Shown here piece after piece: positions 37,825-47,059 of a stretch of DNA of 64,000 bases. Numbering within the stretch: the stretch's first letter is position 1; the number at the start of each line of letters is the position of its first letter. The position numbers were made by a program, and so were the translations under genes. Under the pieces are notes generated by a model. It was given only the letters and a program-made list of their open reading frames with translations, was not told where the DNA came from and did not search any database. This stretch comes from a virus, in the IMG/VR virus record IMGVR_UViG_3300042691_037543, positions 20,737 through 84,736 of that record; one strand, 5' to 3'.

Positions 37825-38966
37825 CCGACGACTCCGCTGGTGAGCACGGGGATCATCACGAGGTCGCCGACGGAGAGCTCCGGCTCGCGGAACCCGTTGT
37901 AGACCATGAGCGCCCGCCACTGGTCCGGCGTGTCGTAGAACTGGCGCGACACGTCGCGGAGCGTCTCGCCGGCCCGCGCGAAGTGTACCGCCTGCACCTC
38001 GGCTTCGAGCACTTGGAGCTGAATCTGTTTCTCGATGGCCGCCTCGCGCTTCAAGTCCTTCGCAGCGACCAGCACCTCGGTCGTATACGCGAGGTTCTCG
38101 AAGTATTTGATGTACGCCTCTCCGTCATCCACGAACGGGTTGAGGAACACGTCCTCGGGCGCTGCGAACTGCGAGTAGGTGTCGATCACCTCGGTGCAAC
38201 CGTTGATGACACCGTTGAGCAGGCCGAGCGCGTTACGCGCCGTCCCGACAGGACCGAGCACGTTGTCAGCGAAGCTCACTGCTGTGGACGTGTACTCGTC
38301 CATCGCGGATCGCGCGCGGGACAGCCCGCGGTTGATCTCGTTGAGCATCCCCGAGATGGAGTTGGTGTCCGGTGCGTCGTTGATGATGTCTTCGAGGTCC
38401 GCGAGCGACCCGCGCATCACTTGAAGGTTGCGTACCGGGGATGGCCCGTCCGCGACCACGGGCGGCGTGACGCGCTGACCCTGGCTCGTCCACTTGAACG
38501 CGAGCGACCACTCGCAGTCGTTCAGGTTGTCCCAAGTGTGTGAAAACGACGTGATGTGCCCGCGGCGCGTGATGTGCCCCCAGCTCACTTCGACGAGCTG
38601 GCCGGCCATGCGCATGTCATCGACGAGGTTCACTAGCGCAGCGACGGAGTCCACGCGCGTGTTGCTCACGGTGGCGGGGCCGCCACGGGTTGTGGTGGGG
38701 GCCGTCGCCGTCGCGGCAGAGCGGATGTACTTGTCCTTCCACTTGCCCTGGATCGTCGTGTCGCCCTCTTCGGTACCCGTGACGGTGCTCGTCGCGACCG
38801 GGTTGCCGGCGTAGTAGGTGACCTCGACGCGCTGTGTGCCGCTGAACTGGAGTGGGCGGTAGGGCAGCGCACGGCCCGTCAGTCGAAGCTCACGGCGCGG
38901 GCCGGTGAGCTCTTTAATGACGAACGGCGGGACGATGTCATTCGCTTCTGCGCTGATGGTCGCCAC
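37821..38966 (-). CDS. Tube-initiator / LysM-domain baseplate protein
   Basis: C-terminal LysM ARAGETLRDVSRQFYD.PDQWRALM.YN....L.VGD.VMIP. Confidence 0.8.
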   Translation of the reverse strand: MATISAEANDIVPPFVIKELTGPRRELRLTGRALPYRPLQFSGTQRVEVTYYAGNPVATSTVTGTEEGDTTIQGKWKDKYIRSAATATAPTTTRGGPATVSNTRVDSVAALVNLVDDMRMAGQLVEVSWGHITRRGHITSFSHTWDNLNDCEWSLAFKWTSQGQRVTPPVVADGPSPVRNLQVMRGSLADLEDIINDAPDTNSISGMLNEINRGLSRARSAMDEYTSTAVSFADNVLGPVGTARNALGLLNGVINGCTEVIDTYSQFAAPEDVFLNPFVDDGEAYIKYFENLAYTTEVLVAAKDLKREAAIEKQIQLQVLEAEVQAVHFARAGETLRDVSRQFYDTPDQWRALMVYNGFREPELSVGDLVMIPVLTSGVVG

Positions 38967-38969
38967 GGC

Positions 38970-41006
38970 TCACCGAATGGAGAAGATGGGCTCGAAGCCG
39001 CCTTGCAGCCGGTTATCGGCCGCGGCTTCGAGGTCCGTGATGAAGCCTGCCGCGATGCGGTCGGGGTCGAAGCCCTCTGCGAACTTCTGCGTGATATCGA
39101 AGTGACTGTTGCGGAAGTCGTTGTGCGTGCGGTTGCCGCCACGGGCGCCCGGTGTGCGTGTGCGGTTGGTCGCGATGGCCGTCTCCGCGTTTACGGCTGC
39201 GGTGTTTTCGTCGGTCGCCGCAGCGAGACGGGCGAGGCCGCGGCTGATCGGGTCATCCGCCGTGGCATTCGCGTGCTGCGTCATGTTGCTTAGCTCGGCG
39301 CCGGCCTCCCGAAACATGCGTGCGATGAAGTTGATGACCGACGCAATCGCGTTCGCGAACTGCGTGACGATGGGGATGACGTGGTCGCGGACGCGCTCCC
39401 ACACCCACGCGAGTCCGATGGCGAGCGCGCGGAGCGCTGGCATAAGAAACGAGCCGATCGAGGTGAACAAGTTACCGATGGCCCCGGCAACGAGGAGCAC
39501 CGCTGGGCGCACACGGTCGATCAAGTCGCTGATGACCGGGCTCATGTACATGAAGAACTGGCGCAGCCCCTCGGCAGCCCCAGCGATCATGTTCGCAAAT
39601 CCAGGCAGCACCTCGATCATGATGTCGCCGACGACTTCGCTCACCTGCCCGAAGATGTTGGCGATGTAGTAGACCATCGGCATCAACGAGTTGAATGCGT
39701 TGACGAGCTGGGTTGTCACCAGCGCCACCTCGTCTTCGGCCTCCATGAAGTGCGCGAATCCGCCGGTAATCAGACCGGCCATTGGGCCGCCGAGCAGCGC
39801 CCCCGCGGCCATCGCGCCGCCACCTGCCTGCACACGCCCCGCGTTGTCGCCATGCTGGAGCTCGTTGAACAACCCGCCTGCGCGCCGCTGCACGTTCTCG
39901 ATGTACGGCAGCACCATCATCCGCACGCGGCTGTCCACCGCCGTGAACATGTGCTCCACACGCTCGGTGAACCGACCAGTCATCCCCACGAGCGCCTGCG
40001 AGATACTGGCACCAACTGTCTTGATGCGGTCTTCGTACCGAGACAGCAGCCCGTTCATGGCGCGAAGCGAGTCCTTCACACCTTCAAACAGCGGCGCCGT
40101 GATGGCACGCTGGATACCCGTGATGTGAGACTGGAACTCGCCCTGTAGCGCAGAGTAGGTATTGCCCGCGCGAGAGATCATGTCTGAGAGGCCACCGAAC
40201 GAGCCTTCCAGCAACCGGAGGCGCTCCGGCTGCTGCATTCGGTTGAACGTCTCGGCAGTGACCGCCGCCTGCCCCATCGACCGGCGGTAGTTGTTGATGA
40301 AGGGCAAGAGGCGTTGGAAGGTCGCCACGTCGGCGCCGGCACCCGCTTGTCCCTCGCGGATCATCAGCGACATGTCGCGGCCGATCTGCTCGGCGTCGAC
40401 CCCGAGGGACCGCCCGATGGCCGCGAAGTTGTTGCTGAACGAGAGCATCTGATCGAGGTTGTTGTTGAACCCCGCCGCGAGCCCGGAGATGCCTGCCTGG
40501 AAGACGGTGATGTACTCACTCGTCTCGCCGGGTAGCCGCGCTGCTGCCTCGTTGATGCGGTTGAGCGCCGTCTCGGCGATGTTCACACCGCCAGTGATAT
40601 CGCTGGCAAACCCGAGGGCTTGGAACGTACCCGCCATCGTGTTGACCATGTCTTCTTGACTCTGGTGCAACCCGACGACGGTGTTGGATAGGAAGGCGTA
40701 CGCGCGCTGCGCAGTCCCGACCGCGATGCCGAGCGCGTTGAAGTTGCCGACGAGCGACATGATGCCGCCCCCGCCACCTCCACCGCCAGCAGCACCGCCG
40801 CCAGAGACGATGTTGCTAGTGGCGGCCATGATGCCGCCGGCCGACTGCGAAGTGCTCTTCTCCGTAGAGGCAAAGAGCTTCTTCACACGCTCCATCACAC
40901 CGACGACGCGCTCGGCGGTCTTGGTGGCGCGGTCGATGGCGCCCAGCGTGACGCCTACGTTGTAGACAATACGCTGGGCGCCCGAAGTCGGCTCGTCGTC
41001 TGCCAT
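38970..41006 (-). CDS. Tape measure protein
   Basis: 678 aa helical Ala/Gly-rich ORF after the chaperones. Confidence 0.85.
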   Translation of the reverse strand: MADDEPTSGAQRIVYNVGVTLGAIDRATKTAERVVGVMERVKKLFASTEKSTSQSAGGIMAATSNIVSGGGAAGGGGGGGGIMSLVGNFNALGIAVGTAQRAYAFLSNTVVGLHQSQEDMVNTMAGTFQALGFASDITGGVNIAETALNRINEAAARLPGETSEYITVFQAGISGLAAGFNNNLDQMLSFSNNFAAIGRSLGVDAEQIGRDMSLMIREGQAGAGADVATFQRLLPFINNYRRSMGQAAVTAETFNRMQQPERLRLLEGSFGGLSDMISRAGNTYSALQGEFQSHITGIQRAITAPLFEGVKDSLRAMNGLLSRYEDRIKTVGASISQALVGMTGRFTERVEHMFTAVDSRVRMMVLPYIENVQRRAGGLFNELQHGDNAGRVQAGGGAMAAGALLGGPMAGLITGGFAHFMEAEDEVALVTTQLVNAFNSLMPMVYYIANIFGQVSEVVGDIMIEVLPGFANMIAGAAEGLRQFFMYMSPVISDLIDRVRPAVLLVAGAIGNLFTSIGSFLMPALRALAIGLAWVWERVRDHVIPIVTQFANAIASVINFIARMFREAGAELSNMTQHANATADDPISRGLARLAAATDENTAAVNAETAIATNRTRTPGARGGNRTHNDFRNSHFDITQKFAEGFDPDRIAAGFITDLEAAADNRLQGGFEPIFSIR

Positions 41007-41254
41007 CAGTCGTCCTTCTCGGCCTCGGCTGCTTCCTCTTTAAGAAGCTCAGAGATCGCGTTCGAGAACACTCTGATCGTAGGCATGGGCAGCGAGAGCA
41101 GCGTTCCCAAGTCGGCCCGCCCGTACCGCGCGCAGAACGCGAGCAGCTTCCAGAGCTTTCTCGCGTAGCTGCCGTCTCCGTACGCCTTGTAAAAAGCCAG
41201 GGCGTACCGCGGCGGGGTTACGCTACCGTAACCCGCCGACTCTTGAGAAAATCC
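41006..41254 (-). CDS. Tail assembly chaperone, -1 frameshift extension (GT)
   Basis: Open -1 frame continues from G-GAT-TTT to just before the tape measure gene. Confidence 0.7.
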   Translation of the reverse strand, partial: GFSQESAGYGSVTPPRYALAFYKAYGDGSYARKLWKLLAFCARYGRADLGTLLSLPMPTIRVFSNAISELLKEEAAEAEKDD

Positions 41255-41586
41255 TCGGACACCTCGCGATCCGCGTTGTTGATCTCGCTGTAGGCGGCCA
41301 TCACGAGGTTGCGCAGCTTCGGGCCCATCTCCGACCACGCCTGCTCTTGCGTGCCGTTGGCCGGCGAAACCGGCTTGTCGTTGATCGCGCGCAAGCTCGC
41401 CATCGCAAGCTGGAAAGCGAGCACCGTGGCGTCGCCGCGTGCGGCCTGCGCGCAGCGGAGCTCGTCCATCGCGGAGAGCTCGCCCACCGTGATGCTCGTG
41501 ACTTCCATGTTGAGCACCTTCCTACGCAGCTTGTCGGGCACGGCGTAGGTGAAGGTGGCGGTCGGGGTCGGCGTGATGTTGCTCAT
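41218..41586 (-). CDS. Tail assembly chaperone (G)
   Basis: Between tube and tape measure; ends EDFLKS; contains slippery site. Confidence 0.85.
   Translation of the reverse strand: MSNITPTPTATFTYAVPDKLRRKVLNMEVTSITVGELSAMDELRCAQAARGDATVLAFQLAMASLRAINDKPVSPANGTQEQAWSEMGPKLRNLVMAAYSEINNADREVSEDFLKSRRVTVA
41248..41254 (-). promoter_or_regulatory. Programmed -1 ribosomal frameshift site GGATTTT
   Basis: In-frame G GAT TTT near the chaperone end with an open -1 frame. Confidence 0.7.
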
Positions 41587-41629
41587 GGAAAAACCTGTGC
41601 CTGTTGGTTGTTAGAACTCGGCTGTGCTC

Positions 41630-42070
41630 TCAGCCGATGATGGCGCGCGCGTCGCTCGCCTCGAAGTCGAGCGACGTGGTGCCGTAGTCCGAACGCGAGC
41701 CGAAGTTCACGGGCAGCTCACCGAACTCCACGTCGGGAACGATGATCCGCACGCGGCGGCCGTCGGGGAAGTTCAGCGTCATCTTGACGTTGACGGTCAC
41801 CCCCGGCAGGCGGCGCTTCGACTTGTCGTTCATCTGGATGAAGAAGTTGAAGGCGTTGGGGTCGTCGAGGTGCACCTCCATCGACCCGCTCACGCCCTTG
41901 AAGATCGAGTCCTTCCGCTCGGTCTTCTCGCCGATGTAGCCCTCGGAGAGAATCTCGCGGTTGTACTTGAACTCGCAGCTCCGCACGGCCGTCATGGACG
42001 ACACGATCTGGTTGTCTGCGACGATCTCGACGGACACTTCCTGACCCTTGATACGATTGCTAGCCATCAC
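41630..42070 (-). CDS. Tail tube protein
   Basis: 146 aa beta-rich ORF directly after the sheath. Confidence 0.85.
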   Translation of the reverse strand: MMASNRIKGQEVSVEIVADNQIVSSMTAVRSCEFKYNREILSEGYIGEKTERKDSIFKGVSGSMEVHLDDPNAFNFFIQMNDKSKRRLPGVTVNVKMTLNFPDGRRVRIIVPDVEFGELPVNFGSRSDYGTTSLDFEASDARAIIG

Positions 42071-42084
42071 TGCCCTCGCGTTTT

Positions 42085-42126
42085 TGAAACGAACAAGGCC
42101 CGGAGGCTTTCACCATCCGAGCCCTA
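42085..42126 (-). terminator. GAAA-loop hairpin with U-rich tail between sheath and tube
   Basis: AGGGCTCGGA-T-GGT-GAAA-GCC-TCCGGGCCTT then GTTCGTTT. Confidence 0.5.
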
Positions 42127-42189
42127 TCCCCCGCAAGCGCGGGGTGCGGCACGCACGCTTGTGGTACCCGACAGGTACCTGTGCGTCAA

Positions 42190-44187
42190 CTAGGTGAGGG
42201 TCCGCGTGATGACCACGCCCTCACCGATGTTGGTCTGGAAGACCAGCACGTCGCCCGTGGCGAGCAACCGCACGTCACCGATGATGACGTGCACACCCGC
42301 CGCTTCGAGGTCTGCGGTGTTGCCGCTCTTGTCGTCCACGGAGTAGCCAGAGATGCGCTGCGCCGCGGGGTTGTTCTCCGAGAGCAGCCCGTCGAGGAAC
42401 GAGATCACCTCCGACAGCGCCGCATCCTTCCAGGCGTCGGTCATCGGCTGCTTGGCGAGCTGGTTCAGCCGGTTGGTGACCGAGTCTTGGATGAAGTCGG
42501 CCATGCGACGACGGCTGATGTTCTTCTGGCCGCTCGTGAGCGACGTGGTGACGCCGCTCTGGTAGATCGGCCCCGCGATGCGGTCGAAGCGCATGGCCAC
42601 GATGCCGGCAGCGCGCAGGGCGATGTACTCGGCCATCGACAGATCGGGCGTGCCGCGCGCGAAGGCGAGCACGCTCGACATGATCGTCGGAATGGGCTCG
42701 CTCGCCTGACCGGGGTTGCGCTCCGGCGGCAGGTTGGCCTCCACGCTGGCGAGCAGTACGTCGTTGGTGTCGTCGAGCACGCCATCGCTCGTCGTGCTGC
42801 CGTCGCTCGTGGCCACTGAGAACCCGACAGCTTCGGGCACCGAATGGCGGTAGCCAGGCCATGCGTAGTCCACACGATCCGTGCGGAAACCGCCGACACC
42901 CGGGGCAGAGCTCGCCAACACGTTGTTGAGCGTGAGCTGGTTGACGGCGGGGGCCGTAATCACACGGCGCGTCAGCCCACGCTCGCTCGCCGTGAGCGCA
43001 TGGGCGCGCAGCTTCGCGGCGATGGTGTTGTCCTTGCGGGCCGACACCACGATGTTCACGTCGCGCATCGGCTCTGCATCCGATAGCAGCGCGTCCACCG
43101 CGCGGTCGTACCGGGCGCGGATGGTCGCGTTCGTCGCGGCGTTCGGCGCGTGCACGTTGGCGTCGTAGGTGAGCGCCGTGCCGGGGCTGACCCGCATCCC
43201 GAGGCCCGAGAGTACGTCCCACGAGCTCGCGGTGCCCGCGTCGGGGACAACCGTGGGCGTGCACGCCGTGCCGGCGCTGACCGTCGCGTCGAGCGGGCGC
43301 GCAGGAACCGTGTACCCGCCCGTCTCCGTCGCGCTGTGGTCGCGCCCGTCCACCGCCGACGAGTCTGCGGTGCGCCCGACGTGGAGTCGGTAGGCGAGCG
43401 AGCTCTCGGTCACAAACGCGAAGTTCGTTCCGTCGAGCCGTTCGACCTCCAGCGCGGTTGCACTGGTGCGCGTGTTCACACGAACCGTCAGCGTATTGGC
43501 CGCGTTGTTCGTGCCGATGACGCCGATGACGAGGATGTCGCCTTTCTTGACACCCTTGTTGATGAAGTCGCCGGACGCGCTGGTGAACGTCTGCGTCGCC
43601 GCAGCACCGGCCGTCGCCACCACGCCGTCCGTGCCGGTCTTGTAGGCGGCGTCCGAGCCGAACGTCACCGCCTTCGCGATGCGAACGCGGTTCGCCGTCG
43701 CGAGAAACTCACGACCCGCAGCCACCGTCGCACCAGCCACGGGTACGACGGGCGACGGGTCCGACGCGCTCTTGTTGGTGGGCAGGTCGCGGAACACGCG
43801 CACGCCCTTGTTCGTCCCGCTGCCCGGCGTGACGTTGTCCACAGGAGCGACGATCAGCCGCGGGAAGCGCTTGTTGCGCAACGCCGCAAAGACGTTGCCC
43901 AGGTCCGCGCCGAACTTGCCGATCGTCTCGTCCCAGCCGCCGAACTTGTTGAGCAAGTCCTGCGCGCCGAACACCTCCGTGGGCACAACGCGCGTGGAGA
44001 CATCGCCGTTCGTGGCGACGGTCACTGCGCGGCTCGCGTCAGTGCACTCGCCGACGATGGCGACGCACCCGGTGCCGACACCCTGGATCGAAGCAGTCGG
44101 CGGCAGGTCGATGACGACCGCACCCTCGATCTGCGTGAGAACTTCCTTCGGCGGAAAGTAGCCGAAGCGTCGAACGAACCCTGCCAT
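42190..44187 (-). CDS. Contractile tail sheath protein
   Basis: C-terminal YQSGVTT...NISRRRMADFIQDS...I.GYSVD...NT...A.G; central insertion domain. Confidence 0.92.
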   Translation of the reverse strand: MAGFVRRFGYFPPKEVLTQIEGAVVIDLPPTASIQGVGTGCVAIVGECTDASRAVTVATNGDVSTRVVPTEVFGAQDLLNKFGGWDETIGKFGADLGNVFAALRNKRFPRLIVAPVDNVTPGSGTNKGVRVFRDLPTNKSASDPSPVVPVAGATVAAGREFLATANRVRIAKAVTFGSDAAYKTGTDGVVATAGAAATQTFTSASGDFINKGVKKGDILVIGVIGTNNAANTLTVRVNTRTSATALEVERLDGTNFAFVTESSLAYRLHVGRTADSSAVDGRDHSATETGGYTVPARPLDATVSAGTACTPTVVPDAGTASSWDVLSGLGMRVSPGTALTYDANVHAPNAATNATIRARYDRAVDALLSDAEPMRDVNIVVSARKDNTIAAKLRAHALTASERGLTRRVITAPAVNQLTLNNVLASSAPGVGGFRTDRVDYAWPGYRHSVPEAVGFSVATSDGSTTSDGVLDDTNDVLLASVEANLPPERNPGQASEPIPTIMSSVLAFARGTPDLSMAEYIALRAAGIVAMRFDRIAGPIYQSGVTTSLTSGQKNISRRRMADFIQDSVTNRLNQLAKQPMTDAWKDAALSEVISFLDGLLSENNPAAQRISGYSVDDKSGNTADLEAAGVHVIIGDVRLLATGDVLVFQTNIGEGVVITRTLT

Positions 44188-44196
44188 TGGGCGCTC

Positions 44197-44874
44197 CTAC
44201 GTTGAGGTTGTTGCTGCGTCGGCTCCCTCGGACACCGCGAGATCGAACCGGGGAGATGTCGCTTCCGTCAGGCTGAACAGCCTGAGCTGCGGGCAGGTTA
44301 CCTGCACCGAGAACGTCGCGCCGCGGAGACGCCGCTGCACGGATTCACCATCGTCGCGGTACGAGCACCGCAAGAGCTCGTAGGTCGCGTGCACACCGTG
44401 GTAGTGGGGCAGCGCGAGGCGGGCACCGTACATCCACGACACGGGGTTCAGCCCATCCTCGATCATCTTCACGCACGCCATACGCTCGACCGGGTCGTTG
44501 GCGTAGAGCTCCACGCTCAGCGGCAGGGAGAGCTCGGCCAACGTCGCGAGGTAGGTCGTTTTCTTTGTGATCGGGGACGTGAACTTCGTCTCCGCGATGA
44601 CCTTCGGCGTCATGCGTGATGCGTCGTACGTCAGGTCGCCCACCGCGTAGACGCACGCGCTCGGAAACTTGGCGATCTCCTCAGCCTCGGCCCACACGTC
44701 GAGCACCTTCGCGAGCTGAAACGTCTTCGAGCGGTTGAGGCCGCTAGAAGTTTTGAGAGATTCAAGGTACTCGGCCAGCCCGCGTGTCACCGCCGTCCGT
44801 ACGTCTGTCTCGACGTTAGGCGTGTACACCGCGCGCTGCGTCGCGCTGCTGACGAGGGTGGTTCGGTTAGACAC
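44197..44874 (-). CDS. Tail terminator / neck protein
   Basis: Position before sheath; FPSACV motif. Confidence 0.6.
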   Translation of the reverse strand: MSNRTTLVSSATQRAVYTPNVETDVRTAVTRGLAEYLESLKTSSGLNRSKTFQLAKVLDVWAEAEEIAKFPSACVYAVGDLTYDASRMTPKVIAETKFTSPITKKTTYLATLAELSLPLSVELYANDPVERMACVKMIEDGLNPVSWMYGARLALPHYHGVHATYELLRCSYRDDGESVQRRLRGATFSVQVTCPQLRLFSLTEATSPRFDLAVSEGADAATTST

Positions 44875-45361
44875 GGGATCGACCCGGTGCGGATCGTAGC
44901 GCAGTTTCGATCAGCGTGTTCACCTGCCCCGCGACACGCTCCTGCGCGACGCGAACGAAGTCGCGCCCCTTCATCCCGCGGCGCTTGAGAGTCTTCGCGA
45001 TGGCGAACGCCACACGCTTTCGGTCACCGGGGCGCACCTGCGGGAACTTGATCGAAACCCACGTCTGAATCTTCCGCACGTTCGGCATCCGGCGCGGCCA
45101 CTTCGCGCCCATCGTCACCGCGCTCGCATACTTCACCGCATTGGTCACGGCGACGAAGCGCTTGCCGGTGACGACCCGCCACGACTTATTCAGCGAGCCC
45201 GTGGCAACGGCGCCAGCCTCCTTCGTCGCGCGCTGCACTTCACGAAGAATGATCTTGCCGCTCTGCTGGAGCGCCCGCTCCAACGAGCGGGCCACTTCGG
45301 CGACGACCTTCTTCGGAATCCTGTCGAGCTTGGCGATGGGGACGTTTTGTCGGAGCGGCAC
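44867..45361 (-). CDS. HK97 gp10-like tail completion protein
   Basis: VATGSLNKSW...N.VKYA..V..G...P....I..WV...AFAIAK..KRRG.KGR.F. Confidence 0.75.
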   Translation of the reverse strand: MPLRQNVPIAKLDRIPKKVVAEVARSLERALQQSGKIILREVQRATKEAGAVATGSLNKSWRVVTGKRFVAVTNAVKYASAVTMGAKWPRRMPNVRKIQTWVSIKFPQVRPGDRKRVAFAIAKTLKRRGMKGRDFVRVAQERVAGQVNTLIETALRSAPGRSRV

Positions 45362-45363
45362 GG

Positions 45364-45924
45364 CTACCTCCTCAGGTAGCCGTCGTCATCCGTGTCGTCG
45401 TACGCGCGCGTCACGTTGACCGACCACGCGAACTTGAGCGGCAGGTAGTTCGGCGTGCCTGTCAGCGTGAACCGCCGACGAGAGCCCTTTACCGTGTTGC
45501 CCGCCGCACGCGGAAAAAACACCTCGTAGTAAAACTGCTCGTCCTCGTCGGCAGGGCGGCCATCCCCGTGATACCCGCGAAGCTGGTCTTCCGTGTACCG
45601 TGGGCTGATCTCCGAGATGCGCACCTGCCCGCGCTCCACAGACCCGATAGCGAGTACGTCCGCGGTGAGCGCCGAGAAATCTTCGACCAGCGGTGTCGGC
45701 AGTAGCACGACCCGCTCGACGATCTCCTCGACGCCAGCCCCACGCCGGCCCTCACTCCACCGCGTCCACACGAGCGAGACTTGATACTGCCGTGCGCCGA
45801 GGTCCGTCGCGATCTGGCGGATACCGTCCACCGTATTCGTCAACGACGCCACGAGGCTGTCCCGCACGGTGGTCGCGGTGACGGTGTGAAAGCAGGGCTT
45901 GTACTTGCACCCGCAGGACATCAC
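45364..45924 (-). CDS. Head-closure / neck protein
   Basis: Synteny after adaptor; beta-rich. Confidence 0.55.
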   Translation of the reverse strand: MMSCGCKYKPCFHTVTATTVRDSLVASLTNTVDGIRQIATDLGARQYQVSLVWTRWSEGRRGAGVEEIVERVVLLPTPLVEDFSALTADVLAIGSVERGQVRISEISPRYTEDQLRGYHGDGRPADEDEQFYYEVFFPRAAGNTVKGSRRRFTLTGTPNYLPLKFAWSVNVTRAYDDTDDDGYLRR

Positions 45925-46316
45925 CGCACCGTCATGTTCCCGACGCGCGTAGACTTGAGCTTCGACGAGTACGGGTAGAGCGGCACGCCGAGCGTATCGG
46001 CGAGACGATTGGCCCAGCGGCGATATTCGCCTTCGAGCTGGTCGAGGTGCTCGCGGCGAATCTCCATGTCACCCAGGCGGTTCACCGCGAGGTTGCGCTG
46101 CCCCTCGACCAGCTGACACTCGATGTTGTCGAGCGTCTGAATGTGCGTGCGCACAATCGGGAGCGCTTCGTCGATCACGCGGTCCATCGCATTCTCGACG
46201 AGAAACAACGTCTGGAGCGGAATCGGGATGCCCGCGTTGAGCGACGCGATGGCCGTCACGTTCGGGTACCCGAGGTGGTACCGAATGCGAACCTTCTCCG
46301 TGTCGCTCAGAGGCAT
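45921..46316 (-). CDS. Head-tail adaptor
   Basis: LSDTEKVRIRYHLGY helical protein downstream of capsid. Confidence 0.65.
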   Translation of the reverse strand: MPLSDTEKVRIRYHLGYPNVTAIASLNAGIPIPLQTLFLVENAMDRVIDEALPIVRTHIQTLDNIECQLVEGQRNLAVNRLGDMEIRREHLDQLEGEYRRWANRLADTLGVPLYPYSSKLKSTRVGNMTVR

Positions 46317-46319
46317 GGG

Positions 46320-46631
46320 CTACTCCGCGATGGGTTCGAGCTGGGCCTTGGCCTCGTGAAGCGCCTGCATGTAGCTCGGGCCGCAGGCATCGGAAACCAC
46401 CCGCCCCGCACGGAGCGTGGTGATCTGACCGTTGACGTGCACGCGCACGTCGGCCTTGAGCCGGTACGGCTGCACACGAACGGGGGCCGCCGCGATGGGG
46501 GGCGGCGGCACGTTCGTGGTGATGTCCGCGTCCACTTGGTCGAGCGCGTCCAGCGGATCGCTCGTGGGGGTGATCCCGCCGACCTTGGCGGCTTCCAGGG
46601 GATCAGCGACGGTTGCTCGCGTCTTCGCCAT
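46320..46631 (-). CDS. Hypothetical protein
   Basis: 103 aa; preceded by TACACT-N6-ATG. Confidence 0.65.
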   Translation of the reverse strand: MAKTRATVADPLEAAKVGGITPTSDPLDALDQVDADITTNVPPPPIAAAPVRVQPYRLKADVRVHVNGQITTLRAGRVVSDACGPSYMQALHEAKAQLEPIAE

Positions 46632-46655
46632 AGCGCGAGTGTAAAGGGTGGCGGT

Positions 46656-46962
46656 GTCGGGTGCTAGACTCGTCTGCGGTGTTACAACGGATAACCGCCG
46701 AGGACGGACGCCGCTCGTTGTCTAGCACCCGACGGGGAGATCAAACGGCGAAGTTTGAGAGCTCCCTTCGACTCGCTCGCGCCCCGAAGGGTGCTGGAGA
46801 TCGTACCGCCGAGATTGGGCGTGCTCATGGTGTGAACCAGAGGTTGCCCGACTCCTCACTGGTTGGCTGTCGCGGCTATGCCGTGACCCACTGAGGCTGA
46901 CCACCTAACTTGGCTGCCTGCCGGTGTTAGCGAAGGAAGCTCCCAAAGGGAGCCCGAGGTCG
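46656..46962 (-). ncRNA. Candidate large structured noncoding RNA
   Basis: No credible ORF; perfect 14-bp IR 46656-46669/46720-46733, 12-bp long-range pair 46759-46770/46931-46942, several hairpins including cUUCGg; strand inferred from upstream promoter. Confidence 0.5.
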
Positions 46963-46968
46963 AAATTG

Positions 46969-46996
46969 ATTATGCCCGGCGCGCTGTAGAACGCAA
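46969..46996 (-). promoter_or_regulatory. Sigma70-like promoter TTGCGT-N16-CATAAT
   Basis: Lies just downstream of the capsid/HNH terminator, pointing into the structured region. Confidence 0.5.
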
Positions 46997-47008
46997 GGGG
47001 CGTGCGGA

Positions 47009-47040
47009 GAAAAGCAGAAGGCCGAGGTTTCCCCCGGCCT
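47009..47040 (-). terminator. Rho-independent terminator after capsid/HNH
   Basis: AGGCCGGGG-GAAA-CCTCGGCCT then TCTGCTTTT. Confidence 0.8.
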
Positions 47041-47059
47041 CCGACCAGCCCTCTTGCGA

